From assembly GCA_013373265.1 (NCBI GenBank), contig JABXIC010000077.1, positions 1 to 63,803 on the forward strand: a stretch of 63,803 nucleotides of DNA, written 5' to 3'. The DNA is from Methylocystaceae bacterium (GTDB taxonomy: Bacteria > Pseudomonadota > Alphaproteobacteria > Rhodospirillales > Terasakiellaceae). The first letter of the stretch is position 1; each line of letters begins with the position of its first letter. The position numbers and the translations under genes are program-made. This document shows positions 46,971 to 58,613 of this stretch, in pieces. A model generated the notes under the pieces. That model ran no database searches. It was not told the DNA's origin and saw only the letters and a program-made list of their open reading frames with translations.

Positions 46971-48904
46971 TGTGCGGTATTGCGGGGCTTATTTTACCGT
47001 CTGATCGTTTTCTTGATCCCGCATTGATGCGTTTGCTGTCAGATCGTCAAAGCCATCGTGGGCTGGATGATTTCGGTTTTTTGGGTTGGCAGAGTGGCGG
47101 GGAAAGGCCAAAGATTTCACGCGATGTAACAGCTGTTTGTGATCAGGCGCGGGTGGGTTTTGTCCATCGTCGTTTGACTATTATTGACGAAACGGAAGGC
47201 GGCTGGCAGCCGATGCAAAGCGAGGATGGTCGCTTTAACATCACCTTTAATGGCGAGATTTATAATTATCTTGAACTCAAAGAAGAGTTAAAACAACAAG
47301 GCCATAGCTTCAAATCCACCAGCGATACAGAAGTCTTGTTAAAAGCTCTCTCCCATTGGGGGGTAGAAAAAACGTTACCGCGTCTCACCGGGATGTTTGC
47401 GTTTGCCTTTCTGGATACGCTCTCTCAAAGCGTGACTTTGGCGCGTGACCCGTTTGGGATCAAACCGTTATCTTACACGTTTTTTCAAGGCGGGTTTGCC
47501 TTTGCTTCTGAACTGGGTGCTTTGCTTGCCTTGCCCGGTGTGAAACGAAATGTCGAACCACAAGCCCTTTATGACTATTTACGTTTTGGTTTTACTGACC
47601 AAGGTGCAACAACGCTCTTTAGTTCACTCAAGCATTTGGAACCGGCTCATTTTGCCGTGATTAATCTGAATGATTTATCCATAACATCACAGCGCTACTG
47701 GGCGCCTTCTGTTGCAACAACAATGGATATTTCCTTTGAAGAAGCGGCCCGTCACTTAAGAGGTCTGTTTGAAGAGTCAATTGCCTTGCATTTACGTGCC
47801 GATGTACCTGTCGGGGCTGCTTTAAGCGGGGGTGTTGACTCTTCTGCCGTGGTGATGGCGATGCGCGCCCTTAAAGGGGATGCGCTGAACCTTCATACCT
47901 TTAGCTTTATCGCCCCGGGTGAAGCGATAAATGAAGAAAGCTGGGCCGATATCGTTGGGCAGTCGGTTCAGGCTAATATGCACAAGGTGCAATCCAATGG
48001 TCAGGAATTGGTGCGCGATCTTGATAACATCATTAAGATACAGGGCGAACCCTTTGGCACGACCAGTATTTATGCTCAATATCGTGTTTTTGGCTTGGCG
48101 CGCGAACATAACGTGCCAGTGACGCTGGACGGTCAAGGCGCAGATGAAATTTTGGCAGGTTATGTGCCTTTCTTGGCCGCGCGCATGGCGACCATGATCA
48201 AACGGGGTGAATTTCTGCGTGCCAATAACCTTTTAAACAATGCGCTGGCCACATCCGGGTCAAAAGCCCCTGTGATGATGCGGGCTATGCGGTTTTTATT
48301 GCCCCAAGCTTTGCAAGGGCTGGGGCGACGTTTGGTCGGGGAAAAACTGGTGCCTGATTGGATGAATGGTGACTGGTTTGAAGAACGCGGTGTTTCCATG
48401 CGCGCCAAACAACAACCGGTTGGTGGTGATGTGTTGCGTCATGAATTAAAAGAAAGCCTGTGCAGCCGTGTTCTGCCATCGTTGTTGCGCTATGAAGACC
48501 GCAGTTCTATGGCCCATTCCATCGAAAGCCGGGTGCCGTTTTTAACCACAAAGATTGTAGATTTTGTTTATAGCCTGCCAGAAGAATATTTAATCTCTGA
48601 TAATGGGGAAACCAAGGCTGTCTTCAGAAAGGCCATGCGTGGCCTTGTGCCGGATGCCATTTTGGATCGACGCGATAAAATCGGATTTGCAACACCGGAA
48701 GAAACATGGATGGGACAAGCCAAAGACTGGCTGGAAACGACCCTGCAAAGTAAGCGGGCGCAGGATTTACCTTTCTTTGCAACAGATGCCTTTCAATCTG
48801 AATTAGATGTTGTTAAGAAGGGACGTAAAGCTTTACAAGGTGATGTGTGGCGCTGGGTTAATCTTATTCGCTGGGCAGATCGCTTTGATGTGGATTTTAT
48901 GTAA
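46970..48904 (+). CDS. asnB: Asparagine synthase-like glutamine amidotransferase (WbpS-like sugar amidotransferase)
   Basis: MCGIAG, HRRLTIID, FNGEIYNY, SDTEV, RDPFGIKPL, LSGGVDSS, LDGQGADE, EDRSSMAHSIESRVPFL, KIGFATP. Confidence 0.93.
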   Translation: MCGIAGLILPSDRFLDPALMRLLSDRQSHRGLDDFGFLGWQSGGERPKISRDVTAVCDQARVGFVHRRLTIIDETEGGWQPMQSEDGRFNITFNGEIYNYLELKEELKQQGHSFKSTSDTEVLLKALSHWGVEKTLPRLTGMFAFAFLDTLSQSVTLARDPFGIKPLSYTFFQGGFAFASELGALLALPGVKRNVEPQALYDYLRFGFTDQGATTLFSSLKHLEPAHFAVINLNDLSITSQRYWAPSVATTMDISFEEAARHLRGLFEESIALHLRADVPVGAALSGGVDSSAVVMAMRALKGDALNLHTFSFIAPGEAINEESWADIVGQSVQANMHKVQSNGQELVRDLDNIIKIQGEPFGTTSIYAQYRVFGLAREHNVPVTLDGQGADEILAGYVPFLAARMATMIKRGEFLRANNLLNNALATSGSKAPVMMRAMRFLLPQALQGLGRRLVGEKLVPDWMNGDWFEERGVSMRAKQQPVGGDVLRHELKESLCSRVLPSLLRYEDRSSMAHSIESRVPFLTTKIVDFVYSLPEEYLISDNGETKAVFRKAMRGLVPDAILDRRDKIGFATPEETWMGQAKDWLETTLQSKRAQDLPFFATDAFQSELDVVKKGRKALQGDVWRWVNLIRWADRFDVDFM

Positions 48905-50961
<2,057 letters not shown>

Positions 50962-50964
50962 GCG

Positions 50965-51546
50965 ATGGCAAACGCACCGATCTTTAATGGCGTTACCATT
51001 CATGAAAGCGCCTATGTGGATGAACCTTGCGAAATTGGTGCGGGCACCAAAATCTGGCATTTCTCTCATGTGTTAAGCCAGACCAAAATTGGTCAAAATT
51101 GCGTTTTGGGGCAAAATGTGGTGGCGGGGCCCCATGTGACAATCGGCAATAATTGTAAAATTCAAAATAACGTCAGTGTCTATAAAGGTGTGGTCTTAGA
51201 AGATGGCGTCTTCTGTGGCCCTTCTTGTGTGTTTACAAACGTCAACAATCCGCGTGCGGAAATTGAACGTAAAGAAGAATTTCGTCAAACTTTGGTGAAG
51301 CGCGGTGCCACCATCGGGGCAAATGCGACGATTGTTTGCGGGGTAACCCTGGGGCAATATAGCTTTATCGCCGCTGGTGCTGTTGTGGCCGGTGACGTAC
51401 CTGCTTACGCCTTGATGGCAGGTGTACCTGCAAAACGCATCGGCTGGATGAGCAAGGCAGGCGGCAAGCTGGGCTCTGATTTAATTTGCCCGATTGACGG
51501 TACTCCGTATCGTGAAACCGATGCTGGCTTGTTGGAAGAGGCTTAA
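50965..51546 (+). CDS. wbpD: UDP-GlcNAc3NA N-acetyltransferase WbpD/WlbB
   Basis: [44 protein letters not shown]. Confidence 0.9.
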   Translation: MANAPIFNGVTIHESAYVDEPCEIGAGTKIWHFSHVLSQTKIGQNCVLGQNVVAGPHVTIGNNCKIQNNVSVYKGVVLEDGVFCGPSCVFTNVNNPRAEIERKEEFRQTLVKRGATIGANATIVCGVTLGQYSFIAAGAVVAGDVPAYALMAGVPAKRIGWMSKAGGKLGSDLICPIDGTPYRETDAGLLEEA

Positions 51547-51549
51547 GCG

Positions 51550-52683
51550 ATGAATAATATTGCTTTTATTGACCTGCAAGCTCAACGCAAACGTCTTGGT
51601 GATAAAATTGATCAGGCGATCCAAGGGGTGTTGGAACGCGGTGATTTTATTCAAGGCCAAGCAGTGAGGGCCTTTGAAAAAGATCTGGCTGATTTTTGTG
51701 GTGCTGCTCATGTGGTCAGTTGTGCCAATGGTACGGATGCTTTGACCCTTGTGGGGATGGCAGAAAGTTTGGGGCCAAAGGATGTGGTTTTTGTCCCGGC
51801 CTTTACCTTTGTTGCCACAGCAGAAGCATTTTCATTACTCGGCGTGACGTCATTTTTTGTGGATGTGTTGCCCGATACCTTCAATATGGACCCGGCAAGT
51901 TTGAAGCAAGCTATTGTTGAAGCTCAAGGCCAAGGACTGACGCCACGTATGATTGTCGCGGTTGATTTATTTGGACAACCAGCTGATTACCCTGCTCTTT
52001 CACAAATTGCACAAGAAAACGATCTTGTTTTGGTTGCTGATGCGGCCCAATCTATGGGCGGGGCGATTGAGGGGCAGAAAGTGGGCACGCTTGCTGATTA
52101 TACCACGACCAGCTTTTTTCCGGCCAAACCGTTGGGTTGTTATGGGGATGGTGGCGCTGTTCTGACGGATAATGAAGAAAAAGCAGTTTTGCTGCGTTCT
52201 TTATCCCAACATGGCAAGGGCAGCGAGAAATATGACAATGTCCGCATTGGTTTAAACAGTCGCCTTGATAGCATTCAGGCGGCAATACTTAGGGAAAAAT
52301 TGTCTATTTTTGCCGATGAATTGGAAAAACGCCAAGATGTGGCGGCACGTTATTCAACAGCTTTAGGCAATCGGGTGGGGATACCCTTTATCAAAGATGG
52401 CTATTATAGTGCCTGGGCACAATACACCTTGACCTGTGAAGACCGCGATGGTTTGCAACGTTATTTAAAGGAAAAAGGTATACCGACAGCTGTTTATTAC
52501 CCGATGGCACTGAATATTCAAGGGGGATATAAGCAGTATCCGGTGGTGTCCAGCGGAGTGGCGGTGTCACAAAATGCATCCGCTTCTGTCTTAAGTTTGC
52601 CCATGCATCCTTATTTGGAAAAGGATGTGCAAGACTTTATCATTTCGGCAATTTCTGATTTCTATGGTAATAGGTCTACATGA
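51550..52683 (+). CDS. wbpE: UDP-3-oxo-GlcNAcA aminotransferase WbpE/WlbC
   Basis: FIDLQAQ, ANGTDAL, DAAQS, SFFPAKPLGCYGDGG, NSRLDSIQAA, AWAQYT, SLPMHPYL. Confidence 0.88.
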   Translation: MNNIAFIDLQAQRKRLGDKIDQAIQGVLERGDFIQGQAVRAFEKDLADFCGAAHVVSCANGTDALTLVGMAESLGPKDVVFVPAFTFVATAEAFSLLGVTSFFVDVLPDTFNMDPASLKQAIVEAQGQGLTPRMIVAVDLFGQPADYPALSQIAQENDLVLVADAAQSMGGAIEGQKVGTLADYTTTSFFPAKPLGCYGDGGAVLTDNEEKAVLLRSLSQHGKGSEKYDNVRIGLNSRLDSIQAAILREKLSIFADELEKRQDVAARYSTALGNRVGIPFIKDGYYSAWAQYTLTCEDRDGLQRYLKEKGIPTAVYYPMALNIQGGYKQYPVVSSGVAVSQNASASVLSLPMHPYLEKDVQDFIISAISDFYGNRST

Positions 52684-53702
52684 CAAGATCACGACAGATA
52701 GATATTAAAGTGCCATTAATAGCGGTTGTTATCCCGTGTTATAAGGTGACCAAACATATTGCGGGCGTTATCGATGCGATTGGGCCGGAAGTATCGCGCG
52801 TCTATGTGGTTGATGATAAATGCCCGGATGAGAGCGGTGCATTTGTTGAAGCCAATATAAAAGATAAGCGCGTCCATGTGTTGTATCATGATGTCAATAA
52901 AGGCGTGGGCGGTGCGACCTTGACCGGCATGCAGCAAGCTGTTGCAGACGGATGTGATATTTTGGTGAAAATCGATGGTGACGGACAGATGGATCCTGCG
53001 TTGATCCCGTCTTTTGTTGGGCCGATTATTGAAGGGCAAGCCGATTGTACTAAGGGCAATCGCTTTTTTGAGATTGATGGTGTTAAAGCTATGCCGACTG
53101 TGCGTTTGATCGGTAATGCAGGCTTGTCATTTATGGCAAAGCTTTCAACTGGTTATTGGCATATTTTTGATCCAAATAACGGTTTTTTGGCAGTGCATGC
53201 CAAAGTGCTAGAGATGTTGCCTTGTGACAAGATTGCACAACGTTATTTTTTTGAAACGGATTTTCTATTTCGGTTAAATACTGTTCAGGCGGTTGTGGTC
53301 GAAGTTCCCATGCAGGCGGTTTATGGGGATGAAGAGAGTAATTTACATGCGGGACGTGAAATTACCAAATTTGCTTACGGCCATTTGCGCAATTTTTTAA
53401 AGCGGATTTTTTATAGTTATTATCTACGCAATTTTTCTGTGGCTTCCATTGAGATCATCATTGCCTTAGTTGGGCTTTTTTTTGGTGTCACATACGGTGT
53501 AATGGCTTGGTGTAAGTCTGCTGAGACAGGCATTCCTGCCACAGCAGGGACGATTATGTTGGCGGCGTTACCCGTGATTATCGGCATGCAGTCACTGTTT
53601 GCATTTTTTAATCATGATTTAAACAATGTACCGAAAGAACCGTTACATAAACGTATGCGTGATTGGGCCAGTTATATTTCTGGAATAAGTAATCGAGAAT
53701 AA
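52680..53702 (+). CDS. GT2 polyprenyl-phosphate glycosyltransferase (DPM/ArnC-like, two C-terminal TMs)
   Basis: VVIPCY, VVDDKCPD, NKGVGGA, KIDGDGQMDP, KGNRF, DPNNGF, YFFETD, YGDEESNL. Confidence 0.88.
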   Translation: MTRSRQIDIKVPLIAVVIPCYKVTKHIAGVIDAIGPEVSRVYVVDDKCPDESGAFVEANIKDKRVHVLYHDVNKGVGGATLTGMQQAVADGCDILVKIDGDGQMDPALIPSFVGPIIEGQADCTKGNRFFEIDGVKAMPTVRLIGNAGLSFMAKLSTGYWHIFDPNNGFLAVHAKVLEMLPCDKIAQRYFFETDFLFRLNTVQAVVVEVPMQAVYGDEESNLHAGREITKFAYGHLRNFLKRIFYSYYLRNFSVASIEIIIALVGLFFGVTYGVMAWCKSAETGIPATAGTIMLAALPVIIGMQSLFAFFNHDLNNVPKEPLHKRMRDWASYISGISNRE

Positions 53703-53730
53703 CCCTCAGAAAACCAAGGTTTCTTTATGC

Positions 53731-53765
53731 TTGAGGCCGACAGTGAATCTTTGATATAACTGTCG
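53731..53765 (+). promoter_or_regulatory. Putative sigma70 promoter with overlapping inverted repeat
   Basis: TTGAGG (53731-53736), 18-nt spacer, extended -10 TGaTATAAC (53752-53760); inverted repeat CGACAGT-N14-ACTGTCG (53738-53765). Confidence 0.45.
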
Positions 53766-53810
53766 TATATAAGTTAAACCCTGCGCGAAATTGCATTAGG
53801 CACCCTATTT

Positions 53811-55334
53811 ATGAAAATATGTCTCATCCGTCCACCGATCCTATGTCCTAAGAGTCATCCGATCGTACAAATGACCCCTCCTATTGGCTTGGCTTATGTG
53901 GCGGGATCATTGCGTGATGCTGGTTATGAGGTAACAGTCATTGATGGGTTGGCAGAAAGTTTCGATACGCGTCATAACTGGGGGGAAGACTGCTATTTGT
54001 ACGGTCTGTCCATTGAACAGATTTTAGACGGCATTGATGAAACGACAGATGTTATTGGTGTATCTGCGGCCTTTACTTTTGAATGGCCGGTTTGTCGTGA
54101 ATTGATCAAGCAATTGCGCGAACGCTTTCCTAATGTACGCCTCATTGGTGGTGGGGAACATATTACTGCTTTGCCAGAACTTTCTATGGAAGAAACACCT
54201 TTGGAAGTTGGTGTGTTGGGTGAAGGCGAAGAGATTGTTATCAACCTTGTAAAAGCATTTGAAGCTAATGAGACGGATTTAAGCAAAATTGGTGGGATTG
54301 TATATCGTAATGAACAGGGCGATATTGTACGTAATGAGCGTCACAATCGGATCCGCGAGCTGGATGATATTCCGCGTCCGGCGTGGGAGTATTTGCCGAT
54401 TGAGCAATATCTTGACCGTGGATTTGGTTTTGGGGTGACACGAGGGCGTTCGATGCCAGTGATTGCTTCACGTGGCTGTCCATACCAATGTACCTTCTGT
54501 TCTAACCCAAAAATGTGGACAACACGGTGGGTGGTGCGTTCTGTCGATAATATGCTGGATGAACTAGAATATTATCAAAAGACATATGGGGCGCAAAACT
54601 TTGATTTTTATGATCTGACTGCAATTGTTAAAAAGACTTGGATTGTTGAGTTTTGTGAAAAGATTGAACAACGTCGCATGAAGTTTACATGGCAGTTGCC
54701 CAGCGGTACGCGTTCTGAAGCAATTGATGATGAAGTGTCACAACTGCTGTATAAGTCGGGGTGTCGCAACTTGTCTTATTCGCCGGAAAGTGGATCACCG
54801 ACTGTTTTAGCGCGCATTAAGAAAAAAATTAAAACCGAAGCCATGCTGACGTCTTTGCGTTCTACCGTAAATGCCGGCATGAATATTAAGCTTAATATTA
54901 TGTTTGGTTTCCCCGGGGAGACATACAAAGAAATTCGTGAGTCCTTTAAATTCATTTGTCAAATGGCTTGGGCTGGCGGTCATGATTTAAGTATTTGGGC
55001 ATTTTCGCCTTATCCAGGGTCTGAACTGTTTGATCAACTTTATAAAGAAGGCAAAATCAAAATGGATGATGCCTATTATGATGATCTGCGTTCGTACTCT
55101 GATATGTCGCGTTGTAAGTCATTCAGTGAACATATTGATAACAAGACATTGATGCGTCTTCGCTGGTTGGGAACTGTGCTGTTTTATGGTGTCGGCTGGT
55201 TGCGTCGTCCATGGCGTCCGTTCCGTATGGTGTGGAACGGTTTTACCGGGCGTCATGAAAGTCGTTCCGATCTTGTCATTACATCCTTGTTGCGACGCAT
55301 GAAACTTGTTAAGAAGTCAAAAGAAGCTGGGTAG
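53811..55334 (+). CDS. Cobalamin-dependent (B12-binding) radical SAM protein
   Basis: KICLIRPP...PPIGLAYVAG...GGEHITA...GEGE; SRGCPYQCTFC; FYDLT; PESGS; SPYPGS. Confidence 0.92.
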   Translation: MKICLIRPPILCPKSHPIVQMTPPIGLAYVAGSLRDAGYEVTVIDGLAESFDTRHNWGEDCYLYGLSIEQILDGIDETTDVIGVSAAFTFEWPVCRELIKQLRERFPNVRLIGGGEHITALPELSMEETPLEVGVLGEGEEIVINLVKAFEANETDLSKIGGIVYRNEQGDIVRNERHNRIRELDDIPRPAWEYLPIEQYLDRGFGFGVTRGRSMPVIASRGCPYQCTFCSNPKMWTTRWVVRSVDNMLDELEYYQKTYGAQNFDFYDLTAIVKKTWIVEFCEKIEQRRMKFTWQLPSGTRSEAIDDEVSQLLYKSGCRNLSYSPESGSPTVLARIKKKIKTEAMLTSLRSTVNAGMNIKLNIMFGFPGETYKEIRESFKFICQMAWAGGHDLSIWAFSPYPGSELFDQLYKEGKIKMDDAYYDDLRSYSDMSRCKSFSEHIDNKTLMRLRWLGTVLFYGVGWLRRPWRPFRMVWNGFTGRHESRSDLVITSLLRRMKLVKKSKEAG

Positions 55335-55372
55335 ACTTCTAAGACTTCAAACAGAATAATCGAGTATATCGC

Positions 55373-57322
55373 ATGTGTGGAATTTTCGGCCTCATCGTGA
55401 ATGAAAAGGCTTTGTGTTTGCCGCAAACCTACGAGGAATCACTTAAGTTGTTGTTTCGACTAGCAGAATTTAGAGGGCGAGAAGCTTCCGGTCTTGCCTT
55501 GGCTGGTGGAGAAGACATCTCGATTTTCAAACGACCTTTTACCCCGAGTGTAATGCTTTCAAGCCAGGAGTTTCAGGAATATCTCGGCGATTATATGAGA
55601 GATCGCTGCGACACGACTGGTGGTGTCATAACAAAAGCAATTGCCGGTATCGGTCATTCCCGCCTTGTAACCAACGGATCACAAAGTGAACAGGGCAACA
55701 ATCAACCCGCCATTGGCGGTAATATTGCAGGCGTTCATAACGGGATTGTGGCAAATGTGGATGATATCGTTGCAAACAATGACGATATTACGCAAGAGTC
55801 GGAACTCGACAGTGAAGTCTTGTTTAAGTTGATCAATAGAAATATCGATGAAAACGGGGCAAATGTTGCGCGTGCTGTTGCCGATAGTTTTGTAGATCTG
55901 GAAGGTGCGGCGTCTATCGCATTCTACCGCAAAGATTATGATACTCTGACGTTAGCGACCAATACGGGCTCGCTTTATTATGCCGGTGATGTTGATCAAG
56001 GTTGGTTTGTGTTTGCTTCTGAACGTCATTTCGTCGAAAGATTTTTAAAAGAAGCACCAGCGGCCAATATGCGTGTCGGGACTGTACGTCAACTAAAGCC
56101 AGCAACGTTAGCAATCATTCATTTTTCTTCATTGGCTATCACACCGGTTTCCTTTGCTGATATTGACAATGTGGTGGAAGAAGATCATGTCCATAGCCAC
56201 AAGTGCAGTGGCCATATCCATGATAACTCCTTAAACGATATTGAATATAAACGCTGTACCCGGTGTATTTTACCACATACATATCCCTTTATTGAATTTG
56301 ATGAAGAAGGGGTTTGTAATTACTGCAATCATTTTGAAAAACAAAAGTTTTTGGGTAAAGAAGCGTTGAACCGACGTTTGGAACCTTATCGCAGTTCTAC
56401 AGGCGCACCTGATTGCATTCTGGCTTTAAGTGGGGGACGTGACAGCTGTTATGGCCTGCATTATCTGGCTGAAGAAATGGAAATGCATCCCATCGCATAT
56501 ACATATGATTGGGGGTTGGTGACTGATTTGGCACGGCGTAATCAGGCCCGTATGTGTGGCAAGTTGGGTATTGAGCATATTGTACGCGCAGATGATATCC
56601 CGACCAAGCGACGTTATATCCGACGCAATATTGAAGCATGGTGCAAACGCCCTAATCTTGGTATGGTGCCGATCTTTATGGCTGGTGATAAGATGTTTTT
56701 CCATTGGGCACGTGAAGTGCGCAAGGAAACAGGTATTGAGACAGTGATTTTCTGTTCTGGTAACGAGTTGGAACGTTGTGAATTCAAAGTTGGTTTTACC
56801 GGGATTAACGATTTGGCTGTGACAGAAGTTCTTTATCAGTATCCGTTATGGAATAAAGTCCGTATGGCCTTATGGTATGCTAAGGAATATGCCCTGAACC
56901 CGGCCTATTTTAATGAATCTTTCCGCGATAGTTTGTTTTCTTTTTATTCAACATTTGTGGCCAAGGAAGATTTCATCCATCTTTATCATTACATTCCGTG
57001 GGATGAAAAAGTGATCGATAAGACCTTATTAGAAGATTATAATTGGGAAAAAGGGTCTGAATCGGACAATACATGGCGTGTCGGTGATGGCTATACCTCA
57101 TTTATCAATTTAATCTATTATAGCGTTGCAGGCTTTTCAGAATATGACACCTTTCGGTCAAATCAAATCCGTGCAGGTATCTTGACCCGTGAACAAGGTT
57201 TGAAAATGGCAATGAATGACAATGTGCCCAAGATGGAAGCGTTGGAAGAGTTTGCCCGTGTGATCGGTTTCAATCTGGATGAAGTTCTGATCAAGATCGA
57301 CGCTATTCCAAAATTGCGATAG
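55373..57322 (+). CDS. Fusion: class II (Ntn, GlmS-like) glutamine amidotransferase + WbpG/PseA/WbuX-type N-acetyl-sugar amidotransferase
   Basis: N-terminal MCGIFG, RGREASG, GHSRLVTNG, NNQP, HNGIV, DSE; C-terminal KRCTRCILP...EFDEEGVCNYC and PP-loop LSGGRDS. Confidence 0.82.
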   Translation: MCGIFGLIVNEKALCLPQTYEESLKLLFRLAEFRGREASGLALAGGEDISIFKRPFTPSVMLSSQEFQEYLGDYMRDRCDTTGGVITKAIAGIGHSRLVTNGSQSEQGNNQPAIGGNIAGVHNGIVANVDDIVANNDDITQESELDSEVLFKLINRNIDENGANVARAVADSFVDLEGAASIAFYRKDYDTLTLATNTGSLYYAGDVDQGWFVFASERHFVERFLKEAPAANMRVGTVRQLKPATLAIIHFSSLAITPVSFADIDNVVEEDHVHSHKCSGHIHDNSLNDIEYKRCTRCILPHTYPFIEFDEEGVCNYCNHFEKQKFLGKEALNRRLEPYRSSTGAPDCILALSGGRDSCYGLHYLAEEMEMHPIAYTYDWGLVTDLARRNQARMCGKLGIEHIVRADDIPTKRRYIRRNIEAWCKRPNLGMVPIFMAGDKMFFHWAREVRKETGIETVIFCSGNELERCEFKVGFTGINDLAVTEVLYQYPLWNKVRMALWYAKEYALNPAYFNESFRDSLFSFYSTFVAKEDFIHLYHYIPWDEKVIDKTLLEDYNWEKGSESDNTWRVGDGYTSFINLIYYSVAGFSEYDTFRSNQIRAGILTREQGLKMAMNDNVPKMEALEEFARVIGFNLDEVLIKIDAIPKLR

Positions 57323-57332
57323 GACGATTGCG

Positions 57333-58613
57333 ATGAAGCTGGATCGCAAATTCTGGGACGATACGGTTTGGAATTATGGTTCCTTGGCGGTGGTGGCGTC
57401 TTCCGGCTTATTTATCAATTTTATTATCGCTGGCAAAATGGGCGCTCAAGCCTTGGGTGTGTTCAATCAAACCTATGCGGTTTATGTGATTGCAGCGCAA
57501 ATTGCGGCGATGGCGGTGCATGATTCTGTACAAAAGCATGTGGCGCAACATGAAGCCGACCGCAACTTATGTAATGTTGTGTCTGCTGCTGCTCTTATAC
57601 ATTCAGCTCTTACGGGCTTATTATGTGCGTTGGTGGTTTATGTTTCGAGCACATTGATTGGTGATGTTTTAGATAGTCCCGCGACTGCAACAGGGATCGC
57701 ATTGACGGCACCGGGGCTTTTCCTGTTTAGCGTAAACAAGGTGCTGTTAGGTATTTTAAACGGGCAACGCAAGATGCGCTTTTATGCCATTGGTCAGGCG
57801 ATACGTGGTTTTGGTATCTTTCTGGTTTGTTTTGCCATCGCTTTTAATAATATGGCAGCGTCTTGGTTGGGGATAAGTTTCACACTGACAGAAGCTGTTT
57901 TATTTCCCTATCTCCTGTTTGTTGGGGCACCGCGCACGGTCAATTGGCGTTTTGAGGGGGAGTTAAAAAACTGGACCCGATTGCATTTCTCTTTTGGGTC
58001 ACGGGCCTTTGTAAATGGTCTTTTATCGGAAGCATATATTCGTGTTGATGTGATTATGCTCGGGATGTTCCTCAGTGACGAAAAGGTCGGGATCTATAGT
58101 TTTGCGGCTATGTTTGTCGAAGGCATTTACCAGCTTTCTGTCGTGATCCGTACCATTTCTAATCCGGTTCTGGTTAAGCTGCTTTCCCCTTTGGATAAAT
58201 TGGCGTTAGGGGCATTTGTGCGACGGATATCAGGGTTAAGCTTCTTAGCAACGGCAGCGGCAGCAACTGTATTGTTTGTTGTCTTCCCTTACTTGGACAT
58301 GGTTTTTAATCCAGAGATGATAGAGGCAGGGTATCCCGCTCTGATGATTTTGCTTGGTGGTATGACGGTCTTTTCCATTTTCGTTCCAACGGACCAAATT
58401 CTATTGCAAGCGGGGTGGCCAGGACGGCAAAGCCTGATGATGTTGATGAATATTTTGTTGAATGTGATCTTGAATTTTATGTTTATTCCTATATACGGGC
58501 TAATCGGGGCGGCTAGTGCAACAGCAATTTCTTTCGTTGGGGCCGGTTTGCTTTTAAACGTGCTGGCTTGGCGATTTTTAGGGCTTAAAGGGGGGCTTCT
58601 TGTTGCAAAATAA
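57333..58613 (+). CDS. Wzx/MOP-superfamily oligosaccharide flippase
   Basis: About 12 TM segments; RVDVIMLG...VGIYS and LNFMFIPIYGLIGAASAT motifs. Confidence 0.88.
   Translation: MKLDRKFWDDTVWNYGSLAVVASSGLFINFIIAGKMGAQALGVFNQTYAVYVIAAQIAAMAVHDSVQKHVAQHEADRNLCNVVSAAALIHSALTGLLCALVVYVSSTLIGDVLDSPATATGIALTAPGLFLFSVNKVLLGILNGQRKMRFYAIGQAIRGFGIFLVCFAIAFNNMAASWLGISFTLTEAVLFPYLLFVGAPRTVNWRFEGELKNWTRLHFSFGSRAFVNGLLSEAYIRVDVIMLGMFLSDEKVGIYSFAAMFVEGIYQLSVVIRTISNPVLVKLLSPLDKLALGAFVRRISGLSFLATAAAATVLFVVFPYLDMVFNPEMIEAGYPALMILLGGMTVFSIFVPTDQILLQAGWPGRQSLMMLMNILLNVILNFMFIPIYGLIGAASATAISFVGAGLLLNVLAWRFLGLKGGLLVAK

Noticed and set aside
47054-47071. HRGLDD instead of HRGPDD in the intact asnB as a sign of inactivation
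   Set aside because: A single substitution; Cys2, the PP-loop and all other motifs are intact, so there is not enough evidence for loss of function.
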